Shown here: positions 37,761 to 47,039 of the stretch, piece by piece
Numbering within the stretch: the first letter of the stretch is position 1
How the letters are laid out: every line of letters starts with the position of its first letter
Assembly: GCA_963708135.1 (NCBI GenBank)
Contig: OY970192.1
Coordinates: 320,001 to 384,000, forward strand
DNA length: 64,000 nt
From: an uncultured Gemmatimonadales bacterium
GTDB lineage: Bacteria > Gemmatimonadota > Gemmatimonadetes > Longimicrobiales > RSA9
Direction: 5' to 3'
Notes under the pieces: model-generated
Database searches by the model: none
Told to the model about the DNA's origin: nothing
What the model saw: only the letters and a program-made list of their open reading frames with translations
Made by a program: the position numbers and the translations under genes

Positions 37761-38897
37761 ATGATCCTCGTCGCTCCCACAGCCTTCAAGGGTTCTCTCG
37801 GCGCCGCGCAGGCTTCGGCCGCCTTCGCCGCGGGCGCGCGCCGCTGCCGGCCCGAGGAGGAGGTGCTGGAGCGTCCGGTCTCCGACGGCGGCCCCGGGCT
37901 CCTCGATGCGCTCGCCGCCGGGCTCGAGCCGGGGCTCCTCCTGCACACCGAGCAGGTCGAGGTCACGGGTCCGCTCGGCGAGCCGGTGACCGCGCGCATC
38001 CTGCGCGGCCACAGCCTGGCGGTGGTCGAGAGCGCCGACGCGTGCGGCCTCGCGCTGATCCCCGAGGGCCGGCGCAACCCGCTGCTCAGCACCAGCCGGG
38101 GCGTGGGCGAGCTGCTCCTCGCCGCGGCGAAGCCGCGCGGCGGCGCGGCGCCGACCCTCGTGGTCGTGGGCCTGGGCGGCTCGGGCACGGTGGACGGCGG
38201 CGCGGGCGCCGCGCAGGCGCTCGGCTGGGGCCTCGTGACCATGGCCGGCCGGCCGATCCAGCCGGGCGGCTCCGGGTTGGAGCGGTTGGGCGCGATCGAG
38301 CCGCCGCCGCCGGACATGGCCCTCGGCCCGTACGCCCGCGGCACGGGCGTATCGCCCGCCCTCATCGCGCTCGCGGACGTCCGCAACCCGCTCCTCGGGA
38401 CCGACGGCGCGGCGCGCGTGTTCGGCCCGCAGAAGGGTGCGACGCCAGAGGGCGTGGTCCGGCTGGAGGACGCGCTCGAGCGCCTGGCGCGCGTGATCCG
38501 GCGCGACCTCGGGATGGACGTGCGCGGGCTCGAGGGTGGCGGCGCCGCCGGCGGGATGGGCGCGGGGCTCGTCGCCTTCGCGGGAGCGCGGCTGGCGCGT
38601 GGAAGCGAGTGGCTGCTCGAGGCGCTCGGCTTCGACGCGCTGCTGGCGCGCGCGCGTCTGCTCGTCACCGGCGAGGGCGCCTGGGACGCGCAGAGCGGGA
38701 TGGGCAAGGTGACGGGCGTGCTCGCGGCCCGCGCGCGGGAGAGCGGCGTTCCCGTCCTGCTGGTGTGCGGCTCGATCCACGGCCCGCCGCCGGCGGGTGC
38801 GCTGGCGCTGGACGGCGGCGGGCGCCGCCTCGATGCGGCCGCGCTCGAGGACCTCGTGGCCGAGGGCTGCCGCTGGCTGACGGTCCACCCGCACTGA
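37761..38897 (+). CDS. glxK: glycerate kinase (GlxK/GarK family)
   Basis: [47 protein letters not shown]. Confidence 0.9.
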   Translation: MILVAPTAFKGSLGAAQASAAFAAGARRCRPEEEVLERPVSDGGPGLLDALAAGLEPGLLLHTEQVEVTGPLGEPVTARILRGHSLAVVESADACGLALIPEGRRNPLLSTSRGVGELLLAAAKPRGGAAPTLVVVGLGGSGTVDGGAGAAQALGWGLVTMAGRPIQPGGSGLERLGAIEPPPPDMALGPYARGTGVSPALIALADVRNPLLGTDGAARVFGPQKGATPEGVVRLEDALERLARVIRRDLGMDVRGLEGGGAAGGMGAGLVAFAGARLARGSEWLLEALGFDALLARARLLVTGEGAWDAQSGMGKVTGVLAARARESGVPVLLVCGSIHGPPPAGALALDGGGRRLDAAALEDLVAEGCRWLTVHPH

Positions 38898-39138
38898 TCG
38901 GTGCCTCCCGGTCACGCGGACCACCCTTCGGGGATCTCTCTCGCGGGTTCATCGCCTCCGATGGAGCCGGCGCCGCCTCGGTTGCACGCCGGGGCGGCGC
39001 CCGCGTAACTTGCTGCGCCGCGGCCCCGGGCGGAGCGCCGCGGCGGCCTGCAGCGCGGCGGGGGCGGTCCTGCCGGGCGCGACCGGCCGCCGGCGCGGCG
39101 GGGCGGGCGGCCCTCTCCCGAGAGATCGAGCGAGCCGA

Positions 39139-40461
39139 ATGGCCAACCAGACCGACCTGATGGACAAGCTGGTGTCCCTGTGCAAGCGCAGGGGCTACGT
39201 GTACCAGTCCTCGGAGATCTACGGGGGCACGGGCTCCGTGTGGGACTACGGGCCGCTGGGCGTGGAGCTGAAGCGCAACATCCAGGACGCCTGGTGGCGC
39301 GCGATGGTGCACGGACGCGACGACATCGAGGGGCTGGACGCGGCCATCCTGATGCACCCGCGCGTGTGGGAGGCGAGCGGCCACGTGGCCGGCTTCACCG
39401 ATCCGCTGGTCGAGTGCTCCAGCTGCCACCGTCGCTTTCGGGCGGACAGCCCCGACCTGGAGAAGAACCAGTGCCCTGTGTGCGGCACGCGGGACTCGTT
39501 CACCGAGCCCCGCCTCTTCAACCTCATGTTCAAGACGTTCATGGGGCCGGTCGAGGAGGATGCCGCCGTGGTCTACCTCCGGCCGGAGACCGCGCAGGGC
39601 AGCTACGTCAACTTCCAGAACGTGCTGACCAGCAGCCGGCAGCGCATCCCCTTCGGCATCGCCCAGGTCGGCAAGGCGTTCCGCAACGAGATCACGCCCG
39701 GCAACTTCATCTTCCGCACGCGCGAGTTCGAGCAGATGGAGATGCAGTTCTTCGTCGAGCCCGGCACGGACGACGAGTGGTTCGAGTACTGGAAGGCCGC
39801 CCGCCTGGAGTGGCACGAGGCGCTCGGCATCAGCGCGAAGCGGCTGCGCTTCCACGAGCACGGGCCCGACGAGCTGGCCCACTACGCCAAGCGCGCCTTC
39901 GACATCCAGTACGAGTTCCCCTTCGGCTGGCAGGAGTTCGAGGGCATCCACAACCGCACCGACTTCGACCTGCGCCGCCATCAGGAATACTCCGGCAAGA
40001 AGCTCGAGTACGTCGATCCCGTGGACCGCGACAAGCGCTACCTCCCCTACGTCATCGAGACCGCCGTCGGCCTCGGCCGCACCTTCCTCGTCGTCCTCGC
40101 CGACGCCTACCGCGAGGAGGAGGTCGAGGGCGAGAGCCGCGTCGTGCTCGGGCTGCACCCGCGCCTCGCCCCCATCAAGGTGGCCGTCTTCCCGCTGGTG
40201 AAGAAGGACGGCATGCCCGAGATCGCGACGCGGCTCCACGCCGCCTTCCGCGCCGCCGGCGTGAACTCCTTCTACGACGACAGCGGCTCGATCGGCCGGC
40301 GCTACCGCCGCCAGGACGAGGCGGGCACGCCGTTCGGCATCACCGTCGACGGCCAGACCGCCGAGGACCAGACCGTCACCGTGCGCGACCGCGACACGCT
40401 CGCGCAGGACCGCGTCGCCATCGACCGGCTCGTGGAGCATATCCGGGACAGGCTGGCGTAG
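39139..40461 (+). CDS. glyQS: glycine--tRNA ligase, dimeric type
   Basis: [48 protein letters not shown]. Confidence 0.96.
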   Translation: MANQTDLMDKLVSLCKRRGYVYQSSEIYGGTGSVWDYGPLGVELKRNIQDAWWRAMVHGRDDIEGLDAAILMHPRVWEASGHVAGFTDPLVECSSCHRRFRADSPDLEKNQCPVCGTRDSFTEPRLFNLMFKTFMGPVEEDAAVVYLRPETAQGSYVNFQNVLTSSRQRIPFGIAQVGKAFRNEITPGNFIFRTREFEQMEMQFFVEPGTDDEWFEYWKAARLEWHEALGISAKRLRFHEHGPDELAHYAKRAFDIQYEFPFGWQEFEGIHNRTDFDLRRHQEYSGKKLEYVDPVDRDKRYLPYVIETAVGLGRTFLVVLADAYREEEVEGESRVVLGLHPRLAPIKVAVFPLVKKDGMPEIATRLHAAFRAAGVNSFYDDSGSIGRRYRRQDEAGTPFGITVDGQTAEDQTVTVRDRDTLAQDRVAIDRLVEHIRDRLA

Positions 40462-40793
40462 CGCGGAACGGCAGGAGTGGGCGAGCGGGAGAGGTACGCT
40501 CGCCGGGCGCGGGACGGCAAGAGTGGGAGAGTGGGCGAGCGGGAGAGTGGGGGAGCTTCGCGGGCACCGCACCTGCCGGTCGCTCGACTGGCGGTGGGCC
40601 CCTCGGGGCCGCGGCGGGTTCCGGCGCCGGGCACGGCGCGCGGCGGGACGGGCGGGCGAAGCGCGTGGCGCCCGGTGAGCGCGCGGCGTGGAGAGGCGGG
40701 CCGCGCGCTTCCACTCCCCCACTCCCGCAGCTCCGGGGCGAGTAGCGGACGAATCGGAGATCCCTGCCGGCACCGAACAGACGAGGCAACGGA

Positions 40794-42251
40794 ATGGAGC
40801 GCTTTTCCAGCCGCTGGGGGATGATGGCGGCCATGCTCGGCATGGCGGTCGGGACGGGCAACATCTGGCGCTTCCCGCGCATCGTGGCCACGAGCGGCGG
40901 CGGCTCGTTCCTCGTCGCCTGGGTCGTGTTCCTGCTCATCTGGTCGGTGCCGCTGATCCTCGTGGAGTTCGCCATGGGCCGCGCCACGCGCTACGGCACC
41001 GTGGGCGCGTTCGCGCGGCTGGTGGGGCGCCGCTACGCGTGGATGGGGGCGTGGGTGGCCTGGGTCGCCATCGCGATCATGTGCTACTACGCGGTGGTGA
41101 CGGGGTGGACGATCCGCTATCTGCTGGGCTCGATCTCGGGCGAGCTGTCGGGGGCGCAGCCGGGGGCGCTGTGGAGCCGCTTCGCCTTCACGCCGGCCGT
41201 GCTCTGGTACCAGGGCGCGGCACTGCTGCTGGGGCTGGTGGTGGTCGTGCGTGGGGTGAAGGGGATCGAGGCGGCGGGGCGGGTGCTGATTCCCACCCTG
41301 TTCGTGCTGGTCATCGCGCTGGCGATCCGCGCCGTGACGCTTCCGGGCGCCTCGCGCGGGCTGGACTTCATGTTCACCCCGAAATGGGCCGAGCTGGCCG
41401 ACTACCGCATCTGGCTCGGGGCGCTGACGCAGAACGCCTGGGACACCGGCGCCGGCTGGGGGCTGATCCTGACGTACGCGATCTACCTGCGGAAGAACGA
41501 GGACACGACGCTGAACGCGTTCATGCTCGGCTTCGGTAACAACACCGTCTCGCTGCTGGCGGGGATCATGGTGCTGTGCACGGTGTTCTCGATCATGCCG
41601 GACGCGGGCAGCCAGATCGTGGGCGCGGGCAACGAGGGCATCACCTTCATCTGGGTGCCGCAGCTCTTCGCGCGCATGCCCGCGGGCCGCGTCTTCATGG
41701 TGTTCTTCTTCCTCGCCCTCTTCTTCGCGGCATGGTCGAGCCTGATCTCGATGATCGAGCTGGCCACGCGCGTGCTCGTGGACGGTGGCATGGCGCGCGG
41801 GCGGGCGATCGCGCTCGTCGGCATCGTGGGCTTCCTCGTCGGCGTCCCCTCCGCCCTCAGCAGCGATACCTTCCACGGGCAGGACTTCATCTGGGGGGTC
41901 GGCCTCATGGTCTCCGGCCTCTTCTTCGCCATCGTGGTGCTGCGCTACGGCGTGCGCCGCTTCCGCGAGACGCTCATGAACACCGCGGGCGCGGACCTCC
42001 GCATCGGCGTGTGGTGGGACTGGACCATCTGGCTCGTGATCGTGCAGGCCGTGGCGCTCATCGCATGGTGGCTCTGGCAGGTCCGCACCGAGCCCGCGTT
42101 CGCCTACGACGGCATCGGCACCATGCTGCTGCAGTGGGGCGTGGCGCTCGTGGTGGTCCTCGCCCTGAACGGCTGGATGGTGCGCCGCACCCGCCCCGAG
42201 ATCGAGCGCGAGAGGGCGCCCGAAGGCGAGATGCCCGCCTCCATCCCCTGA
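40794..42251 (+). CDS. sodium-dependent NSS/SNF transporter
   Basis: GMAVGTGNIWRFP..GGGSFL. Confidence 0.92.
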   Translation: MERFSSRWGMMAAMLGMAVGTGNIWRFPRIVATSGGGSFLVAWVVFLLIWSVPLILVEFAMGRATRYGTVGAFARLVGRRYAWMGAWVAWVAIAIMCYYAVVTGWTIRYLLGSISGELSGAQPGALWSRFAFTPAVLWYQGAALLLGLVVVVRGVKGIEAAGRVLIPTLFVLVIALAIRAVTLPGASRGLDFMFTPKWAELADYRIWLGALTQNAWDTGAGWGLILTYAIYLRKNEDTTLNAFMLGFGNNTVSLLAGIMVLCTVFSIMPDAGSQIVGAGNEGITFIWVPQLFARMPAGRVFMVFFFLALFFAAWSSLISMIELATRVLVDGGMARGRAIALVGIVGFLVGVPSALSSDTFHGQDFIWGVGLMVSGLFFAIVVLRYGVRRFRETLMNTAGADLRIGVWWDWTIWLVIVQAVALIAWWLWQVRTEPAFAYDGIGTMLLQWGVALVVVLALNGWMVRRTRPEIERERAPEGEMPASIP

Positions 42252-42257
42252 ACGCGG

Positions 42258-42983
42258 ATGAACTTCGGCGCCTTCGAGGCGGTCGCCCGGAAGGTCTGGG
42301 ACGAGATCCCGGCGGGGTACCGCGAGGGGGTGGACGGCCTCGTCGTCGAGCGCAACGCCCTGCGCCACCCGGACCGGCGCGGGATCTACACCCTCGGCGA
42401 ATGCCGCACGGAGGAATGGCCCTCGGGCTACGAGGGGCCGGAGACCACGCGTTCCGTGCTCGTCCTCTACTGGGGCTCCTTCCGCCAGCTCGCGCGCGAC
42501 GACCCGGACTTCGACTGGCAGGCCGAGATCTGGGAGACCGTCACCCACGAGCTGCGCCACCACCTCGAGTCGCTGGCCTCCGAGGACGCCCTCGAGGACG
42601 TGGACTACGCCGCCGAGGAGAACTTCAAGCGACAGGACGGCGCCGCCTTCGATCCCTTCTTCTTCCGCGCCGGCGACTCCAGCGCGCCGGGCGTCTACGA
42701 GGTCGACGAGGACGTCTTCATCGAGCGCCCGCTCCCGCCCGGCGCGCCGCCCGCCACGGTCGAGTTCCGGGCCGACGACCGCCGCTACCGGGTTCGCGTG
42801 CCGGCCGATCCAGGCGACGTCTGCTTCCTCCTCGTCACCCGCGGCCTTCCCCGCCCGCGCGGCGCCGGCACCCTCACCATCGTGCTCACCCGCCGGCGCG
42901 GCTGGAGGGAGTCGCTGCGGGGCATCCTCCAGCGGCGCGCGGCGCGCGTGGTCGAGGGCGAGGTCGCGGCCGAGCCCGCCTGA
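42258..42983 (+). CDS. zincin-like metallopeptidase family protein
   Basis: YTLGEC, LYWGSF, THELRHHLE. Confidence 0.8.
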   Translation: MNFGAFEAVARKVWDEIPAGYREGVDGLVVERNALRHPDRRGIYTLGECRTEEWPSGYEGPETTRSVLVLYWGSFRQLARDDPDFDWQAEIWETVTHELRHHLESLASEDALEDVDYAAEENFKRQDGAAFDPFFFRAGDSSAPGVYEVDEDVFIERPLPPGAPPATVEFRADDRRYRVRVPADPGDVCFLLVTRGLPRPRGAGTLTIVLTRRRGWRESLRGILQRRAARVVEGEVAAEPA

Positions 42984-43032
42984 GGCCGCCCTCCCTGTCC
43001 CGGCCGGCACGATCCTCGTATCATGCGCCGGC

Positions 43033-43899
43033 ATGCCCGAACCTGTCACGGAGCCGCGCCCGCGCGCGCGACTGACACCCTACGAGCTGGTGTTCGGCGA
43101 GGAGAGCTTCGAGGCGGAGCTGTTCCCGTCGTTGCGGGACGAGCTCGAGGCGCGCGGCGCCTGGAGCACGGACCCGGACGCGTTCGCGCTCCTGGCGACC
43201 GTGGGTGACGCGCTCCGTCGCCTGGCGCCCGCTCCGGCGCCGGAAGAGGAGCGGGCGGCGCCGCCGTCGCGGACGCGCGAGCTCGGCCGGCTGCTCTTCC
43301 ACGCCTACCACTTCTGGCGCTTCGGCCGCGTGCTGCTGCTGCTCGGCGAGGAGCGGGCGCGCGCGCTCGCGGCCGCCCCGCCCGTAGTGGGCTCGTGGAG
43401 CCTCACGGCGCCCGCTCCCGCCGGCTACCTCCAGCTTCCGCGCCACCTGTTCTGGGCGCGCGTCGCGGAGGGCATGCCGGCCGAGCCGGTGGACGGCTTC
43501 TTCTGGACGCTGCTCGGTGCGCGGGAGCCGGACCGGCCGCCTTACCCGCGCCTCGACGTGCTGCTCGCGCTGGGGCTGCGGCCGGGGCGCCCGGGGCTCA
43601 GCGTGCTGGACGCGGGAGCGGCCCTGCCGCCGGACGGTCACTGGGCGGACATGGAGGCGCGCCCCGGCGGCGGCGACTTCTCGAACGTGCTGCCGGGTGG
43701 AGAGGCGTCCGGGCTGCACGCGCTGGTCACCCGCGCGGAGGCGCTGAAGCTCGCCTCGCGCGCCTTCCACGCGGCCGCGCGGCCGGGCGGGCTCGGTCCC
43801 GAGGAGCGTGCGGAGGCGCCCGCCACGCCTCCCGGGCCGCAGGCGCTGCCGGCGTCGGCGCTGGTGTACCGGCGCATCGGGGGCTCAGGCGATGGATAG
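43033..43899 (+). CDS. hypothetical protein
   Basis: 288-aa ORF with coding-like codons, overlapping the polX start by 8 nt. Confidence 0.75.
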   Translation: MPEPVTEPRPRARLTPYELVFGEESFEAELFPSLRDELEARGAWSTDPDAFALLATVGDALRRLAPAPAPEEERAAPPSRTRELGRLLFHAYHFWRFGRVLLLLGEERARALAAAPPVVGSWSLTAPAPAGYLQLPRHLFWARVAEGMPAEPVDGFFWTLLGAREPDRPPYPRLDVLLALGLRPGRPGLSVLDAGAALPPDGHWADMEARPGGGDFSNVLPGGEASGLHALVTRAEALKLASRAFHAAARPGGLGPEERAEAPATPPGPQALPASALVYRRIGGSGDG

Positions 43900-45619
43900 G
43901 CATGCGGCCGCGCTGGTCCTGAACGACATAGGCACGCTGCTGGAGCTCCAGGGCGAGGACCGGTTTCGCGCGCAGGCGTTCCGCGCGGCGGCGCGCGCGC
44001 TGGACGCGGTGGAAGGGGAGCTCGAGGCGCTGGTGCGCGACGGCGGGCTGGAGGCGCTGCCGGGCCTCGGTCCGGCCACGGCGGGCGTCGTGCGGGATCT
44101 GGTCGAGCACGGCGAGTCGAGCATGCACCGGCGGCTGCGCCAGCGCACGCCGAGCGGGCTGGTCGAGATGCTGGCCGTGCCGGGGCTCGGCGCGCGCCGG
44201 ATCCACCTGCTCCACGAGGCGCTCGGGGTGGACACGCTGGAGGACCTCGAGCGTGCCGCACAGGAGGGCAGTATCGCGGCGCTGGCCGGCTTCGGCGCCA
44301 GGTCGCAGGCCCAGATCCTGGCCGGGGTCGGCTTCGTGCGCGGCACGGCGGGCCGGGTCCGCCAGCCGGAGGCGTTCCGCCTCTCCGCCTGGCTGATCGG
44401 GCACCTCGAGGGGCTGGACGCGGTGCGCCGGGTGCAGCTCGCGGGTGCGCTGCGCCGTCGCATGGAGACGGTGGCCGGCGTGGACGTGGTGGTGGAGACG
44501 CGCGCCCCCGACGTCGTCGTGAAGGCGCTGCTCGAGCTGCCGGGCGCTTCCGGCGCGCGCCGGACCGGCCCGGCTTCGGCCGCGGCGCGCTTCTCCGATG
44601 GCGTGGAGCTGCGCCTCTCGTGCGCGGCGCCCGAGTCGTTCGCCGCGGCCTGGATCTACGCCACCGGGAATGAGGCGCACGTGAAGGCGCTCGAGGAGCG
44701 GGCGCGCTCGCGCGGCCTGGAGCTCTCGGCCGCGGGCCTCGTGCGCGCCGGGGAGCCCGTGCCGCTCGAGGACGAGCTCCAGCTCTACCAGGCGCTCGGG
44801 CTGGCGTGGCTCGCGCCCGAGCTGCGCGAGGGGACGGACGAGGTGGCGCGCGCGGCCGGCGGCGGGCTGCCCGACCTGGTGGACGGCCGCCAGCTGCACG
44901 GCTGCTTCCACTGCCACACCACGTACAGCGATGGCAAGGCGACGGTGCACGAGATGGCCGGCGCGGCCCGCGCCCGCGGCTGGCGCTACCTGGGGATCGC
45001 CGACCACTCGCGCGCGGCCGGCTACGCGGGCGGGCTCACGCCCGAGGAGATCGAGCGGCAGCACGGCGAGATCGACGCCTGGAACGAGGCCCACGGCGAG
45101 GACCTCTGGCTGTTCAAGGGCATCGAGGCGGACATCCTGCCCGACGGCACCCTCGACTACGCCGATGAGGGCGATCTGCTCGACCGCTTCGACTACGTGG
45201 TCGGCTCCATCCACTCCGGGTTCGGCCGCTCCGGGCGCGAGATGACCGCGCGCGTGCTGCGCGCGCTGGAGGATCCGCGGCTCACGTTCCTCGGTCACCC
45301 CACGGGCCGGCTCCTCCTCTCGCGGGAGGGGTACCCGCTGGACGTCGAGGCGGTGCTCGAGGCCGCGGCCCGGCTCCGGGCCGGCATCGAGATCAACGCG
45401 GACCCGCATCGCCTCGACCTCGACTGGCGCTGGTGGCGCCGCGCCGCCGGGCTGGGCGTGCGCTGCGCGATCAACCCGGACGCGCATTCGACGGCCGGGC
45501 TCGACAACGTCGAGTACGGCGTCGGCATGGCCCGCAAGGGCTGGCTCCAGCACCAGGACGTGGTGAACGCCTGGGACCTGGTCAGCGTACAGCAGTTCTT
45601 CCACGCGAGAGCGACCTGA
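43892..45619 (+). CDS. polX: DNA polymerase X / PHP exonuclease with altered polymerase motif
   Basis: HhH motifs LPGLGP, VPGLGA; PHP motifs HCHTTYSDG, DHS, GHPTGR, NPDAH. Confidence 0.92.
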   Translation: MDRHAAALVLNDIGTLLELQGEDRFRAQAFRAAARALDAVEGELEALVRDGGLEALPGLGPATAGVVRDLVEHGESSMHRRLRQRTPSGLVEMLAVPGLGARRIHLLHEALGVDTLEDLERAAQEGSIAALAGFGARSQAQILAGVGFVRGTAGRVRQPEAFRLSAWLIGHLEGLDAVRRVQLAGALRRRMETVAGVDVVVETRAPDVVVKALLELPGASGARRTGPASAAARFSDGVELRLSCAAPESFAAAWIYATGNEAHVKALEERARSRGLELSAAGLVRAGEPVPLEDELQLYQALGLAWLAPELREGTDEVARAAGGGLPDLVDGRQLHGCFHCHTTYSDGKATVHEMAGAARARGWRYLGIADHSRAAGYAGGLTPEEIERQHGEIDAWNEAHGEDLWLFKGIEADILPDGTLDYADEGDLLDRFDYVVGSIHSGFGRSGREMTARVLRALEDPRLTFLGHPTGRLLLSREGYPLDVEAVLEAAARLRAGIEINADPHRLDLDWRWWRRAAGLGVRCAINPDAHSTAGLDNVEYGVGMARKGWLQHQDVVNAWDLVSVQQFFHARAT

Positions 45620-46398
45620 TGGCGCGAGACACCGCAGCGAAGCCGGCGGCGAGCTCCACTCCGAAGGACGGGCGGGCAGGGAAGAAGACGGCCCCGAAAG
45701 CCGGCGCCGCCTCGGCGAGGGCCACGCCCGGGCGGCCGGCGGGACGCGGTGGCCGCGAGAGCGCGGCGGCAAAGAAGGCGCGCGCGGCGGAGATCGTGCG
45801 TCGCCTGCACGCACAGTATCCGGGGGCGAAGTGCTCGCTCACGCACGCGGACCCGTATCAGCTCCTCGTCGCCACGATCCTCTCGGCGCAGTGCACGGAC
45901 GAGCGGGTGAACCAGGTCACCCCGGCGCTGTTCCGTCGCTTTCCCGACGCGGAGTCGCTCGCCGGCGCGAAGCCGGAGGAGGTCGAGGAGCTGATCCGCT
46001 CGACTGGTTTCTTCCGCAACAAGACGAAGAGCCTGCTCGGCATGGCGGACGCCGTCGTGGAGCGGCACGGCGGCCGGATCCCCGACACCATGGACGCGCT
46101 CGTGGAGCTGCCGGGCGTCGGGCGGAAGACGGCCAACGTCGTGCTCGGCAACGCCTTCGGCAAGAACGTCGGCGTGGTCGTGGACACCCACGTGAAGCGG
46201 CTGACCGGTCGCCTCGGGCTCACCCTGCAGAAGGACCCCGAGAGGATCGAGCAGGACCTGATGAAGCTCGTGCCGCGGCAGGAGTGGACGGACCTCTCGC
46301 ACCTCTTCATCGACCACGGCCGCGCCGTCTGCAAGGCGCCCACGCCGCGCTGCGAGGCCTGCGTGCTGAGCGAGCTCTGCCCGTCCTCGCGGGTGTGA
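45619..46398 (+). CDS. nth: endonuclease III
   Basis: LSAQCTDERVN, LPGVGRKTANVV, VDTHV, C-x6-C-x2-C-x5-C. Confidence 0.96.
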   Translation: MARDTAAKPAASSTPKDGRAGKKTAPKAGAASARATPGRPAGRGGRESAAAKKARAAEIVRRLHAQYPGAKCSLTHADPYQLLVATILSAQCTDERVNQVTPALFRRFPDAESLAGAKPEEVEELIRSTGFFRNKTKSLLGMADAVVERHGGRIPDTMDALVELPGVGRKTANVVLGNAFGKNVGVVVDTHVKRLTGRLGLTLQKDPERIEQDLMKLVPRQEWTDLSHLFIDHGRAVCKAPTPRCEACVLSELCPSSRV

Positions 46399-46517
46399 GG
46401 CGGAACCGACCCGACGCGGGATGCGGGGTGCGTGGTGAAGCGCGCGCGCGCCCCGAGACGGCCGAGCCCCTGGCGGCACGCCCGATGATCACACCATGCC
46501 ATGACCAGGAGAACACG

Positions 46518-46997
46518 ATGAACACGGACGCCAAGGAGACCCTGCTCAAGCTCGTGCCCTACGGCATGTACGCCATTGGCGTGCGCCGGGGCGAGGAGCG
46601 GAACGCCTTCACGGCCAACTGGCTGATGCAGTGCTCCTTCGAGCCCGTGCTCGTCGCGCTCGCCGTCGAGAACGACGGCCGCTCGATCGCGATGATGCGC
46701 GAGTCGGGGGTCTTCGCCGTCAGCGTCTACTCGGCGGCGCAGCGCCGCCAGGCCGGGCGCCTGGCGCGACCCGCCGCGCGCGCGCCGGAGAAGCTCCAGG
46801 AGATGCAGTACCGCGACGGCACAGCCACGGGCGCGCCGGTCCTGACCGGCACGCTCGGCTACCTCGAGTGCCGCATCGTCGCCGAGCAGGCGGCGGGGGA
46901 CCACACGCTCTTCATCGGCGAGGTGGTGGAGGCGGAGGTGCTCGAGGCGGGCGATCCGCTCGAGATCCACGAGGCCGGCTACAGCTACTCCGGCTGA
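46518..46997 (+). CDS. flavin reductase-like protein
   Basis: WLMQCSFEP..LECRIV..GDHTLFIGEV. Confidence 0.88.
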   Translation: MNTDAKETLLKLVPYGMYAIGVRRGEERNAFTANWLMQCSFEPVLVALAVENDGRSIAMMRESGVFAVSVYSAAQRRQAGRLARPAARAPEKLQEMQYRDGTATGAPVLTGTLGYLECRIVAEQAAGDHTLFIGEVVEAEVLEAGDPLEIHEAGYSYSG

Positions 46998-47039
46998 CGG
47001 GCGGCGAAGTCCGCCACACTCCCGGAATCCGGAGCGCGC

